Shown: positions 27,657-36,011 of the stretch, piece after piece
Numbering within the stretch: position 1 is the stretch's first letter
Layout of the letters: each line of letters begins with the position of its first letter
From: Candidatus Anstonellales archaeon
Lineage (GTDB): Archaea > Micrarchaeota > Micrarchaeia > Anstonellales > J096
Direction: 5' to 3'
DNA: 64,000 nucleotides
Assembly: GCA_038890615.1 (NCBI GenBank)
Contig: JAWAFI010000001.1
Coordinates: forward strand, 400,843 to 464,842
Made by a program: the position numbers and the translations under genes
The notes under the pieces: model-generated
Database searches by the model: none
Seen by the model: the letters and a program-made list of their open reading frames with translations, nothing else
What the model was told of the DNA's origin: nothing

Positions 27657-28072
27657 GTTTGATTCCCCCCACCCACTCCTATAGTAAGCCGTGTGTTCTC
27701 TAATTTGCTTTCCCCAAAAGGCACTATAACCACAGAAGGCACAGCGTTCATCTTCTCATAACACATCTCAATCCTATCCTTCTCAAGCTTTGACAAACTC
27801 AAGTCACCAGAGTAGTAGTAAAAGCAACTGCCATTCTCTATGCTGTAAACTTCAACAGATTTGCCCATCAGCCCAACGCTGTAGGCAATGTCTATTCCGC
27901 ATTGCATAACCCAGGTTCGAATGGGCTCTTCTGCATTAAGGTGTGTGATGATAGTAACCTTGTCAGCCATTAGCAGGTTTTCATAGAAATTCCTCTGGTC
28001 GTTTTCATAAAGAAGGTTTGCTACCAGCACCAAGTCAAGCAATGCAAGCGCTATTATGGTAAATGTTTTCAT
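27629..28072 (-). CDS. Membrane-anchored hypothetical protein with 4-Cys domain
   Basis: N-terminal TM; overlaps neighbours as in an operon; resembles the C-terminal domain of 28069-30018. Confidence 0.7.
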   Translation of the reverse strand: MKTFTIIALALLDLVLVANLLYENDQRNFYENLLMADKVTIITHLNAEEPIRTWVMQCGIDIAYSVGLMGKSVEVYSIENGSCFYYYSGDLSLSKLEKDRIEMCYEKMNAVPSVVIVPFGESKLENTRLTIGVGGGNQTCSIKVQRS

Positions 28073-30018
28073 TTTATCAGCTTTGCTATTGCACAGGTCT
28101 TGAAGTCGTTCTCCTGCCCATATATGTTCAACTCGTCCTTGTAGAACAGGAAGTAAGAAACCCTTTGGCTTCCTTCGTTAAAGTTTAAGTAGAACCCATC
28201 GCTGCTCTCAAGGCAGTCTGAAACTAGGAGGCCGTTCTTGTAGCACTTGCCAGAACTGAGCTTGTAAACATTGATTTTCTTCCCCTTTTCCTCAAGCACC
28301 TTCTTTACCTTCTCTGCGCATACATCCATCTGTATTTCTACCCTTGAGCTCTGCGGGCTCAAAACTATGTTGACATTGGGAATCTCCTCTATGCGTTCAA
28401 ATACATTTTCTATGTTTACACTCTTTACCCCTTCTTCTGCGCTAAGCACTATCATCGGCAGCACAAGGGCAATAAGCATTAGCGCCAGTGCGCTTAGCTT
28501 TGCCCAATCTTGGGAGGTGTAGGAGAGCAGCAGTGATACTACGAAAAGCGCGAAGAAGAGCGTTGCAACAATGCTCAGCAGTATGTAGAAATGCATGTTG
28601 TTCTTTATATTCTCCCTTTGCTCATAGCTGAGTGGCGCAGTAATCTGCTTTAAGTTTTTAAGCAGCGCCTTGGTTTGCATGCTTACATTGCCCTTTACCA
28701 CTGTCTCAAGCTCCTTGCGCATCTCTTCGTTGATTGCAGCGTACCTAACCTTCAAGTCAGAGAGCTCTGATGGCTCAAGCCCTTCTGAAAATACATTGTT
28801 TAGTATGGTTACATTCTCAGCATACTTGTTGGTGCTGCTTGGCTTCATGCCCTGTATCATGAAAAGAAGCCCATTTGCCTCATCCTTTGCGCTTAGCGCC
28901 TGCGAATAGAGCTCAAGGTCTTCTGTAATTGTTATGTTTAGGACCTTAACTAGCCGCTGGTATTCTTCAATGTCATCATCAAGAGCTGTTGTATTCCTCT
29001 CGCTTATCTTGCTCTCTATCTTCTTGCCAAGAGCATCAAGGTCATTTAAGGTTCTTGATAACCGCTTGTCATCAACAACAGCCATTGTTTCATTTACTAG
29101 GGAAGCCATTCCTTCTTTCTTATCCTTGAGGTCAAGGTAATTTTCCTCCATTTCATGGAGGTATCTGCTTGTTTCCTTATAAGCAATCCTTGCTGCTGTT
29201 TCATTCTCAACTATAGCTACAGTTCTTTCCAAATCAGCTATGGCACTGCTCTTTGCCATTGTAGCATTCACTATCTCCTGCGCTTTGTATATGTTCGTTT
29301 CGTTTAGTATTAGGTCGGGGCATATTCCATAGCAATTGGGGCAGTTTTCCCCTGGCGCAGGGTAGCGGAACCTGCATGTCTCTATGTCCTTTCTGTACTG
29401 GTCAAGCTTTGAAAGCGAGGATGATATGTTTTTTAGTATTTCGCTCTGGTTTTCTATGCCCATTGACAATATCTTTGATATGGCTTCTGCTATTATTGTG
29501 TCTGTTTGGTGGCTGGCTATGCCAAATTTAAGGTCCTCAGGGTAAATAATCATGTAGTCATTGCACCCTATCGCCTTTGCATATGCTGCGCATATGAGCT
29601 TGGCAGATTCATTGCAGCTTTTTTCGTCATAGCAGTCCTTCACATGGTAAGCCAAGGCTTGCCTGCAGGCGTATTCTTCCTTGCCTGGCCATTTCTGGCC
29701 ATCGTTCCTGCTCGCATTGTAAAGGAGCAGGTAATCAACTACCTTCTGCCTGTCTGCCTGCTTCATCAAGAAGCCTGCGCTGGACATCTGGTAAAGCTTC
29801 TCTTCTATCCCTTCAGTTGCAAGCTCTCCGTTGTAAAAAAGCAGTGCAGGCTTCTGGTTTATAAAAACAAGCTCGTAAAGGTTGCCATTGTCGGTTACAT
29901 TGAGTATGCTCAATGTAGCGTTGCTTTCGTTAAGGTAGATGTACTCAGAAAAATCGCTGGCGTTTATTGAAAATGCTAGCGAGGCTAATAGCAAAAGGGG
30001 GATCATGCATTTTAGCAT
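28069..30018 (-). CDS. Large cell-surface protein: Cys-rich N-domain, coiled coil, 2 TM, C-terminal 4-Cys domain
   Basis: Signal peptide, many N-x-S/T sequons, CPNCYGICP motif, long helical region, two hydrophobic segments. Confidence 0.75.
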   Translation of the reverse strand: MLKCMIPLLLLASLAFSINASDFSEYIYLNESNATLSILNVTDNGNLYELVFINQKPALLFYNGELATEGIEEKLYQMSSAGFLMKQADRQKVVDYLLLYNASRNDGQKWPGKEEYACRQALAYHVKDCYDEKSCNESAKLICAAYAKAIGCNDYMIIYPEDLKFGIASHQTDTIIAEAISKILSMGIENQSEILKNISSSLSKLDQYRKDIETCRFRYPAPGENCPNCYGICPDLILNETNIYKAQEIVNATMAKSSAIADLERTVAIVENETAARIAYKETSRYLHEMEENYLDLKDKKEGMASLVNETMAVVDDKRLSRTLNDLDALGKKIESKISERNTTALDDDIEEYQRLVKVLNITITEDLELYSQALSAKDEANGLLFMIQGMKPSSTNKYAENVTILNNVFSEGLEPSELSDLKVRYAAINEEMRKELETVVKGNVSMQTKALLKNLKQITAPLSYEQRENIKNNMHFYILLSIVATLFFALFVVSLLLSYTSQDWAKLSALALMLIALVLPMIVLSAEEGVKSVNIENVFERIEEIPNVNIVLSPQSSRVEIQMDVCAEKVKKVLEEKGKKINVYKLSSGKCYKNGLLVSDCLESSDGFYLNFNEGSQRVSYFLFYKDELNIYGQENDFKTCAIAKLIK

Positions 30019-30926
30019 GTGCTATTCACCACAGTTGTGTTTAAAATACTTTCACATCCTTCTGGAGCCAAAGCGAAAGCAGTGCATACTGCTTCTTTTA
30101 TGCCATTTGCGCTTATAGTGTCATTGTATGCTGCTCCGTTTATGTAAACTTTGGTTCCCTTTGCAATTCCCTTTGCATAGCTTACATCCATTGCCATTAT
30201 GCTTGCGTTTATAGAAGTAGTATTTATGAGCAGGTCCTCTGCTACAGCATCAACGCAGCTACTTTCAGTGCAGTTGCTTGATTCTATTAAGAAGGCCTTC
30301 CACTTAGTTGAACCTGAAGTGCCGAATATATACCTTCCGTATAAGGCCTTCTGCGCCTCTACTGACCCTGCTTCAGAGCAAACCCCTTCATAGCATTTTG
30401 ATGGGTCAGATGTTTCGTTCTGGAGATATACCTTGTATATGAATAGCAATTTCACGCTGGCATTTATGGCTTGCTGGACTTCTGTAATTGCATTCATAGT
30501 TTCCTTGTCATTGCAGCCATCAAGCACAACCCCAATGGAAGCTCGCTGCTCCTGCTTGAAAATCTCCTTCTGCTTGGCAATGTTTGCCTTAAAGCCTTCT
30601 ACAGTGTACACAGCAGGGTAAAGGTAAGTTAGGTTGGAGGATATGAAGGCGCTCATCTTAGTGCCATTGGTTGAGAAATAAACAAGCTCTATGTATTCCC
30701 CATGGTCAATGTAGGTTGCGAACACCACTTTGTCGCTTTTCCCTTCTTTTATCAGAATGGCATCGTTTATGGTCTGAACTAGGCTATTTGCTGTTTCGTT
30801 TATCTGGGCTTCAGTGGGCTTTGATGGCTCAAAAGGCTTTGCTTCCTGCTTCCCTATTGTATAGCCTATATACCCAGCTATAATTAGCAATGCAAATGCT
30901 GCAGCTATAATTACTGCTTTTTCCAT
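30012..30926 (-). CDS. Membrane-anchored protein, possibly degenerate thioredoxin/DsbA-like fold
   Basis: N-terminal TM; C-terminal KVYINGAAY...IKEAVCTAF..APEGC resembles DsbA-like C-termini, but no CxxC is visible. Confidence 0.55.
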   Translation of the reverse strand: MEKAVIIAAAFALLIIAGYIGYTIGKQEAKPFEPSKPTEAQINETANSLVQTINDAILIKEGKSDKVVFATYIDHGEYIELVYFSTNGTKMSAFISSNLTYLYPAVYTVEGFKANIAKQKEIFKQEQRASIGVVLDGCNDKETMNAITEVQQAINASVKLLFIYKVYLQNETSDPSKCYEGVCSEAGSVEAQKALYGRYIFGTSGSTKWKAFLIESSNCTESSCVDAVAEDLLINTTSINASIMAMDVSYAKGIAKGTKVYINGAAYNDTISANGIKEAVCTAFALAPEGCESILNTTVVNSTC

Positions 30927-30966
30927 ATAGGAGATTTGCAAAGGTTTTTTATTATTTGCCTATTGC

Positions 30967-31971
30967 TCATATCCACCCTTTTCTCTTGAAATAGTAGACA
31001 AGGCTTGCACCTACAAAAAGCATCAGCAGGAGAACTGCAGGGTATCCAAAAACCCAATCAAGCTCAGGCATATACCTAAAGTTCATGCCATATATGCTTG
31101 CTATGAAGCTTAAGGGTATGAAAACAGTTGTTATTATGGTAAGGAATTTCATTATCTCGTTTAGGCGGTTGTTTATGCTTGAAAGGTATACATCGAGCAT
31201 GCCTGAAAGCATTTCCCTGTAGGTCTCAACGTTGTCTATTATCAAAACAATATGGTCATAAAGGTTCCTGAAGTAAGCCTTGGACTGCTTTGTGATAATC
31301 TTCGAATCTGTTTTTTCTATTGAGAGCACAACCTCCCTTGCCGGCCATATTGATTTCCTTAGCATTATCATTTCTTTCTTAAGTTTCCTAAGCCCCTCAA
31401 GGGTTTTTGGGGTAGGGTTCTTTACTAGCTCCTGCTCTACCTCTTCTATTTTCTCTCCTGCAAGCTCAAGCGCAATGAAGTAGTTGTCGAGTATCGTGTC
31501 TATTATTGAATAAGCAAGGTAATCTGTCCCTGTTTTCCTTATCCTCCCCTTTTCCTCCTCTATAAGCCGCTTGACCCCTTGGAGCAGGTCATCTTTGCTG
31601 TTCTCTTCGAATGTTATAAGCACATCCCTGCTTAATATCATGCTTATCTGCTGCTCTGTTATACTCTTTTTTAGGTGGTTGTAGCCAATCATCCTCATTA
31701 CTATGAAAAGGTAATCTTCGTGGTCCTCAAACTTTGGCCTCTGCCTAGTGTGCATTATGTCCTCTTGAACAAGGTGGTGGATTCCAAAGTAGTTGCATAT
31801 TTTTTCTACTACAACAGGCTCAAGCCCCTGCACCCTTATCCAAGTGGTGCTTCTTTTCCCTTTGTAAGGGAAGCATTCCTCAGCTTTTAATGCCTTCTTT
31901 TCATAGAATTTGCTTCCTTCGTAGTCAAGTATTGTTATAATTGCCCTCTGTTCTTCCCTGCTTCCATTCAT
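30967..31971 (-). CDS. corA: Magnesium/cobalt transporter CorA
   Basis: IHHLVQEDI..TRQRPK and YGMNFRYMPEL signature with two C-terminal TMs. Confidence 0.96.
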   Translation of the reverse strand: MNGSREEQRAIITILDYEGSKFYEKKALKAEECFPYKGKRSTTWIRVQGLEPVVVEKICNYFGIHHLVQEDIMHTRQRPKFEDHEDYLFIVMRMIGYNHLKKSITEQQISMILSRDVLITFEENSKDDLLQGVKRLIEEEKGRIRKTGTDYLAYSIIDTILDNYFIALELAGEKIEEVEQELVKNPTPKTLEGLRKLKKEMIMLRKSIWPAREVVLSIEKTDSKIITKQSKAYFRNLYDHIVLIIDNVETYREMLSGMLDVYLSSINNRLNEIMKFLTIITTVFIPLSFIASIYGMNFRYMPELDWVFGYPAVLLLMLFVGASLVYYFKRKGWI

Positions 31972-32104
31972 GCTTTTTCTATTGCTCAAGTGCTTAAAAC
32001 CCTTTGCCTTTTCCGTAAAATTATGCTTTTTTTGGCAAAAAAGTTTTTTTTTTGCGAGAGAGGAAAGATAGATTTAAAAGGTTTTCCCCCCTTTAAATTT
32101 GATT

Positions 32105-33235
32105 ATGGCAACGAAGAGGAAGGAGCACGACTGCTTCCTTTCTAACAGCAAAGTTAGCAGGAAGGATAGGTTCAATGGCTTCACCCCTCTCGAAGAAGCC
32201 AACATGCGCTTCGATGCCTCATGCTCGAATCTTTTCGAGAATTTAAGCGCCGCCCTGAAGGGGATCAAAAACGTTGCCCTCTACACTCCGTTAAAAGAGT
32301 CCAAATCTAAATTCTCTCTTCACTATGCCTCTTCAGGCGGCGCAACCCCCACCATTGCCAATGTCATTTACCCCCACATGCAGATCCTCTACCAAAAAGG
32401 GAATCAGCTTGTATCATTCGATTTTGTCAACCTTCCTGAATATAAGATCTCAGTGCACTCATTGCAGACCCCTGACAATGGGATGGAGAAGGTAATGATA
32501 CCAATCATAAAGAAGAATGGGGATATTAAGGTAAAGGGCCTTCTTGTGATAGAAGGAGTAAACCTTAGGTTTGATACTTCAAAAGATTACTCTATAGAAA
32601 GCCTCCTAACCTTCTTTGCGCAGGTCAGCTTCAAGCTGGGCAAGAGAATGGACCATATGAACGACATCTCTGGCCTTCCGAGGAGAACAGAGGCAACTGA
32701 AGAAGACCTTGCAAACGAGTTAAGGGACTCAAGCAATACAAGCATTGTTTTCATTGACCTTAACAAGCTTAAGCTCATCAACGACACACTTGGCCACGAT
32801 GCAGGAGATGAGGTAATAAGGAAAGTTGGCCAGGCGATAAAAGACAACATAATTGCATCCGAGAGCTTTGCCTACAGGTGGGGTGGCGATGAGTTTGCAA
32901 TAGTGCTCAAGAATGCAGATGCAACAGCCGCCCATCATGTTGCCATGAGGATTGCAAAGGCATTTTCCCAGCAGCAGATATGGGCAAGCTTCGGCATCTC
33001 CACAGGGCAGGTTTCAAGTGTTGAGGAATTGGCAGCCCTAGTAAGGCAGGCTGATGATGCAACCTACCACTCAAAGGAACACTCAAGGGAAGGCGAAAAC
33101 TTGATTACATCAGCAGATAACGGAATGATGACAATGACAGTTGTGCCTTTTGAGAAGCCAAAGGAGCATTCACTTGACCTAAAGAAGTTCGTGCCCCTGA
33201 TAGATGAAAAGTTCCTTTCAGAAATTCCTTGCTAA
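32105..33235 (+). CDS. GGDEF-domain diguanylate cyclase with N-terminal GAF-like region
   Basis: IVFIDLNKLKLINDTLGHDAGDEVI, AYRWGGDEFAIVL, ASFGIS, ADDATYHSK. Confidence 0.9.
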   Translation: MATKRKEHDCFLSNSKVSRKDRFNGFTPLEEANMRFDASCSNLFENLSAALKGIKNVALYTPLKESKSKFSLHYASSGGATPTIANVIYPHMQILYQKGNQLVSFDFVNLPEYKISVHSLQTPDNGMEKVMIPIIKKNGDIKVKGLLVIEGVNLRFDTSKDYSIESLLTFFAQVSFKLGKRMDHMNDISGLPRRTEATEEDLANELRDSSNTSIVFIDLNKLKLINDTLGHDAGDEVIRKVGQAIKDNIIASESFAYRWGGDEFAIVLKNADATAAHHVAMRIAKAFSQQQIWASFGISTGQVSSVEELAALVRQADDATYHSKEHSREGENLITSADNGMMTMTVVPFEKPKEHSLDLKKFVPLIDEKFLSEIPC

Positions 33236-33249
33236 TACTTATCCCCCCT

Positions 33250-33588
33250 TTAAACCCCCATATTGTATAATACAAAACCCCCTATAAAGTAGGAGGCGGC
33301 ATTGCAAATTGCTGAAGCGACGAGAGCCTCATAGGGCTTCATTTTTAGCATAAGCGAGTAGAGCACAGCTTCAGCAACGGTTACCAGCATTTCGCCAACA
33401 GGCATGAAAAGCTCCCCTTTAAGGAATAATGGAAGAATAAGCCAAAGAAAAGGGAGAGTAATCGATGAAGCCAGCACCCCTGCAACGAAGATCTTCTCCT
33501 GCTTGATTCTATTTTTTAGCCAAAACTTATTGAGCAGAAAAAGGGCAGCAAGCTCTATTAGGATTGTAAGCACCAATGCCTTGAGCAT
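33250..33588 (-). CDS. Small integral membrane protein
   Basis: Four hydrophobic segments; LTILIE, ITLPFLW, E..V...EA, CNAASY. Confidence 0.7.
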   Translation of the reverse strand: MLKALVLTILIELAALFLLNKFWLKNRIKQEKIFVAGVLASSITLPFLWLILPLFLKGELFMPVGEMLVTVAEAVLYSLMLKMKPYEALVASAICNAASYFIGGFVLYNMGV

Positions 33589-33599
33589 AAGCGATTAAC

Positions 33600-34943
33600 T
33601 CACTTGCTTAAAAAATCCTTTGCATTTTGGTTTATTACCTTTTTTCCCTTCTCAAGCTCATATTCCCAAGCATTGTCAATAAAGTGCTCTTTTACTCTTC
33701 TGTTGCTTTCAACAACCACTGCTGTCCACCTAAACTGCCTCCCCATAACAGCGCAGTGGTCAATCTGCGCCTTTAACACAAAAGCCCCTACTCCCTTGAC
33801 AAAGTCAAGGTGCTCATCTACAATTTCAGGCTCATCATAAGGTATTAAAGTGCCGTCACAAAGCTCCTTGGGCAACACCAATCCTTTGTAAAACTTGTAC
33901 TTTATGTAGTTCGGCATAATCGCATGAGGCTTTCTTTCGCTTTCTATTGCCTCCTTCTTTGCCTTTTCATAAAGCGCTAAGAACCTCTTCTTCTCTTCTT
34001 CATCCATGATTTTCCTGAACTTCTCCTTTATTTCAGAGCTAGCGCTTTTCATGCACAATGAAACATGGCATTCCCCAACTTCTTCTATCTTTATCTCCCT
34101 AAAAAGATGCTTTTCATCCTTGGAGGTTGAGCTTGCCTTCTTTACTACATATGCTTTTGATTCATAGGCTTCCTTCCCATCCTTGTAAACAGACACATTT
34201 ACGCTTTCCTCATAATCCCCGAAGCCATAGTAAGTGCGGAATATTTTTGCCAAAGCTAAAATTCCGTTCTCAGTGTCAACAGCACCGCATAGCACCCCTT
34301 CTTTGCCCAAGATTTTCACTGCCCATTCCATTCTCTCAGGCAAGGCCTTCTCCAATCCAAACTTTTTCAATATCTTATTCACCCTCTCCATCTCCTTTGC
34401 CTTCCCCTCAAGCTTATCAATTGCTTCCATCTCCTTCTTAAGCCCCTCAACAATCTTTTCTAAGCCAACTTCTTCTGTTTTTTCACATCCTATAATTCTG
34501 CTTTTCAGCAGTGCTACCCCTTCCTTAAGCGCGGATGGGCTTATAAAGTAGTTTCTTTCCCCTTTCTCCACAAACTCGCTTATTCCTAGCTCTTTTGCTG
34601 CATTTAAATATGGAGTTGGATCGTCATCTTTGCAGCAGAAGTAAGAGTCCTTCTCTTCTGGAAGCATGTTGAGAATATGGAGAAGCGCTAGCTTCTCAAG
34701 AGGCAGGAGCCCCAGCTTTTCAATTTCCCTTGCCACTACTTCATTTGCTTCCTTTCCAAGCTCAGCGCTTAACCATCCTTCCACCCCCCCTTTCAGCCAT
34801 TCCAAGTTACTTCTGTTCAGCTCCTCTAAGAGCACCTCATTCTTCTCAATTTCCTTTCTAATCCTCTCCTTTCTCTCATAAAGCCCTTCTATTTTTGGCT
34901 TTTCCCACTTCTTCTTTAAGCAGGTAGCGCCATTCTCTTTCAT
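33600..34943 (-). CDS. Hypothetical protein (K/E-rich, coiled-coil N-terminus)
   Basis: 447-aa ORF with no recognised domain. Confidence 0.7.
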   Translation of the reverse strand: MKENGATCLKKKWEKPKIEGLYERKERIRKEIEKNEVLLEELNRSNLEWLKGGVEGWLSAELGKEANEVVAREIEKLGLLPLEKLALLHILNMLPEEKDSYFCCKDDDPTPYLNAAKELGISEFVEKGERNYFISPSALKEGVALLKSRIIGCEKTEEVGLEKIVEGLKKEMEAIDKLEGKAKEMERVNKILKKFGLEKALPERMEWAVKILGKEGVLCGAVDTENGILALAKIFRTYYGFGDYEESVNVSVYKDGKEAYESKAYVVKKASSTSKDEKHLFREIKIEEVGECHVSLCMKSASSEIKEKFRKIMDEEEKKRFLALYEKAKKEAIESERKPHAIMPNYIKYKFYKGLVLPKELCDGTLIPYDEPEIVDEHLDFVKGVGAFVLKAQIDHCAVMGRQFRWTAVVVESNRRVKEHFIDNAWEYELEKGKKVINQNAKDFLSK

Positions 34944-35036
34944 ATGCTTATATGCAATTCAAATCATTTTATTTTTAGCATTCCAATTTTTTAAAAAAGG
35001 ATAAATTTATTAAATGAAAATTATTTTATTTTAAAC

Positions 35037-36011
35037 ATGAATGAGTTAAATTCTTTTGAAAGGAAAATACTCTACGAGCTGGACTACGATGCATCAAGGT
35101 CAGCAAGCGAAATAGCAAATAGGCTTAACACATCCCCTCAGCGAGTGCTTTACGCAATAAACTCCTTCCTTAAAAAAAGGCTAATAAAGAACTTAATAGG
35201 TGTTATTGATTACAGAAAAGCAGGCTATGGAGTCCACTTTGTATACTACAACTTAAAATGGATGAAGCGAGATGAAGAAGAGAAGATGATAGCCTACCTT
35301 GACCAGAGCCCTAATGTGGGCATTGTCCTTAGGTGCGAAGGCAGGTGGAATTTGAGCATAGGATTCTTTGCGAAAAGCCTTTTCGATCTTTTGAAAGAAG
35401 TAAGGAAAGTTGAAAATCTATTTGGTGCTTATATTCTTGATTCTGCAAAGACCAGCCATTTAGGGAGCTACCATGGGCAGCGTTCTTTCCTGTGGCCAGA
35501 GAAGGAGGAAAGGAGGCGTTATATGCCTATAACCGGCTCTGAGTTACAAGCGGAAAACCTTGATGAAGTTGATTTAAAGCTCCTTTCCCTGCTTTCTAGG
35601 GATGCAAGGGCAAAAAGCGTGGATTTGGCAAAGAAGGTTTCATCCACACCTGAAAAGGTGGCTTACAGGATAAAGAAGCTCAGGGAGAAAAAAGTTCTGC
35701 AGACTGCCACATTTCTTCCTGATTATTCAATATACCCTTTCTTCCGCTATAGGGTATTGCTAAAATTCAAGAGCCTTTCGCAGGAAAAGGAGGAATCGCT
35801 GTTCTACGCCCTTGCTGCCAACAAAAATGTCCTGCAAGCAATAAAGAACTACGGCTCCTATGATATGTCTATTGACATTGAGATTGAAGACAAGAAGAAG
35901 CTAAGGGAGAACCTTCACTTAATATTAAGCCCATTTGAAGACCTCGTCCATTCCTTTGACGCTGTTTTGGTTTACGATGTGCCAAAGTTTTTTTACTTCC
36001 CTACTGTTTGA
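35037..36011 (+). CDS. Tandem (double) Lrp/AsnC family transcriptional regulator
   Basis: Two HTH+RAM units: ERKILYELDYDASRSASEIA... and DEVDLKLLSLLSRDARAKSVDLAKKV...YRIKKL. Confidence 0.88.
   Translation: MNELNSFERKILYELDYDASRSASEIANRLNTSPQRVLYAINSFLKKRLIKNLIGVIDYRKAGYGVHFVYYNLKWMKRDEEEKMIAYLDQSPNVGIVLRCEGRWNLSIGFFAKSLFDLLKEVRKVENLFGAYILDSAKTSHLGSYHGQRSFLWPEKEERRRYMPITGSELQAENLDEVDLKLLSLLSRDARAKSVDLAKKVSSTPEKVAYRIKKLREKKVLQTATFLPDYSIYPFFRYRVLLKFKSLSQEKEESLFYALAANKNVLQAIKNYGSYDMSIDIEIEDKKKLRENLHLILSPFEDLVHSFDAVLVYDVPKFFYFPTV

Noticed and set aside
11100..34943. Shared N-terminal ATK-like motif in orphan proteins (MCATKQK, MATKRK, GATCLKK) as a possible export signal
   Set aside because: Only three short, low-complexity matches; not distinguishable from chance without a genome-wide test.
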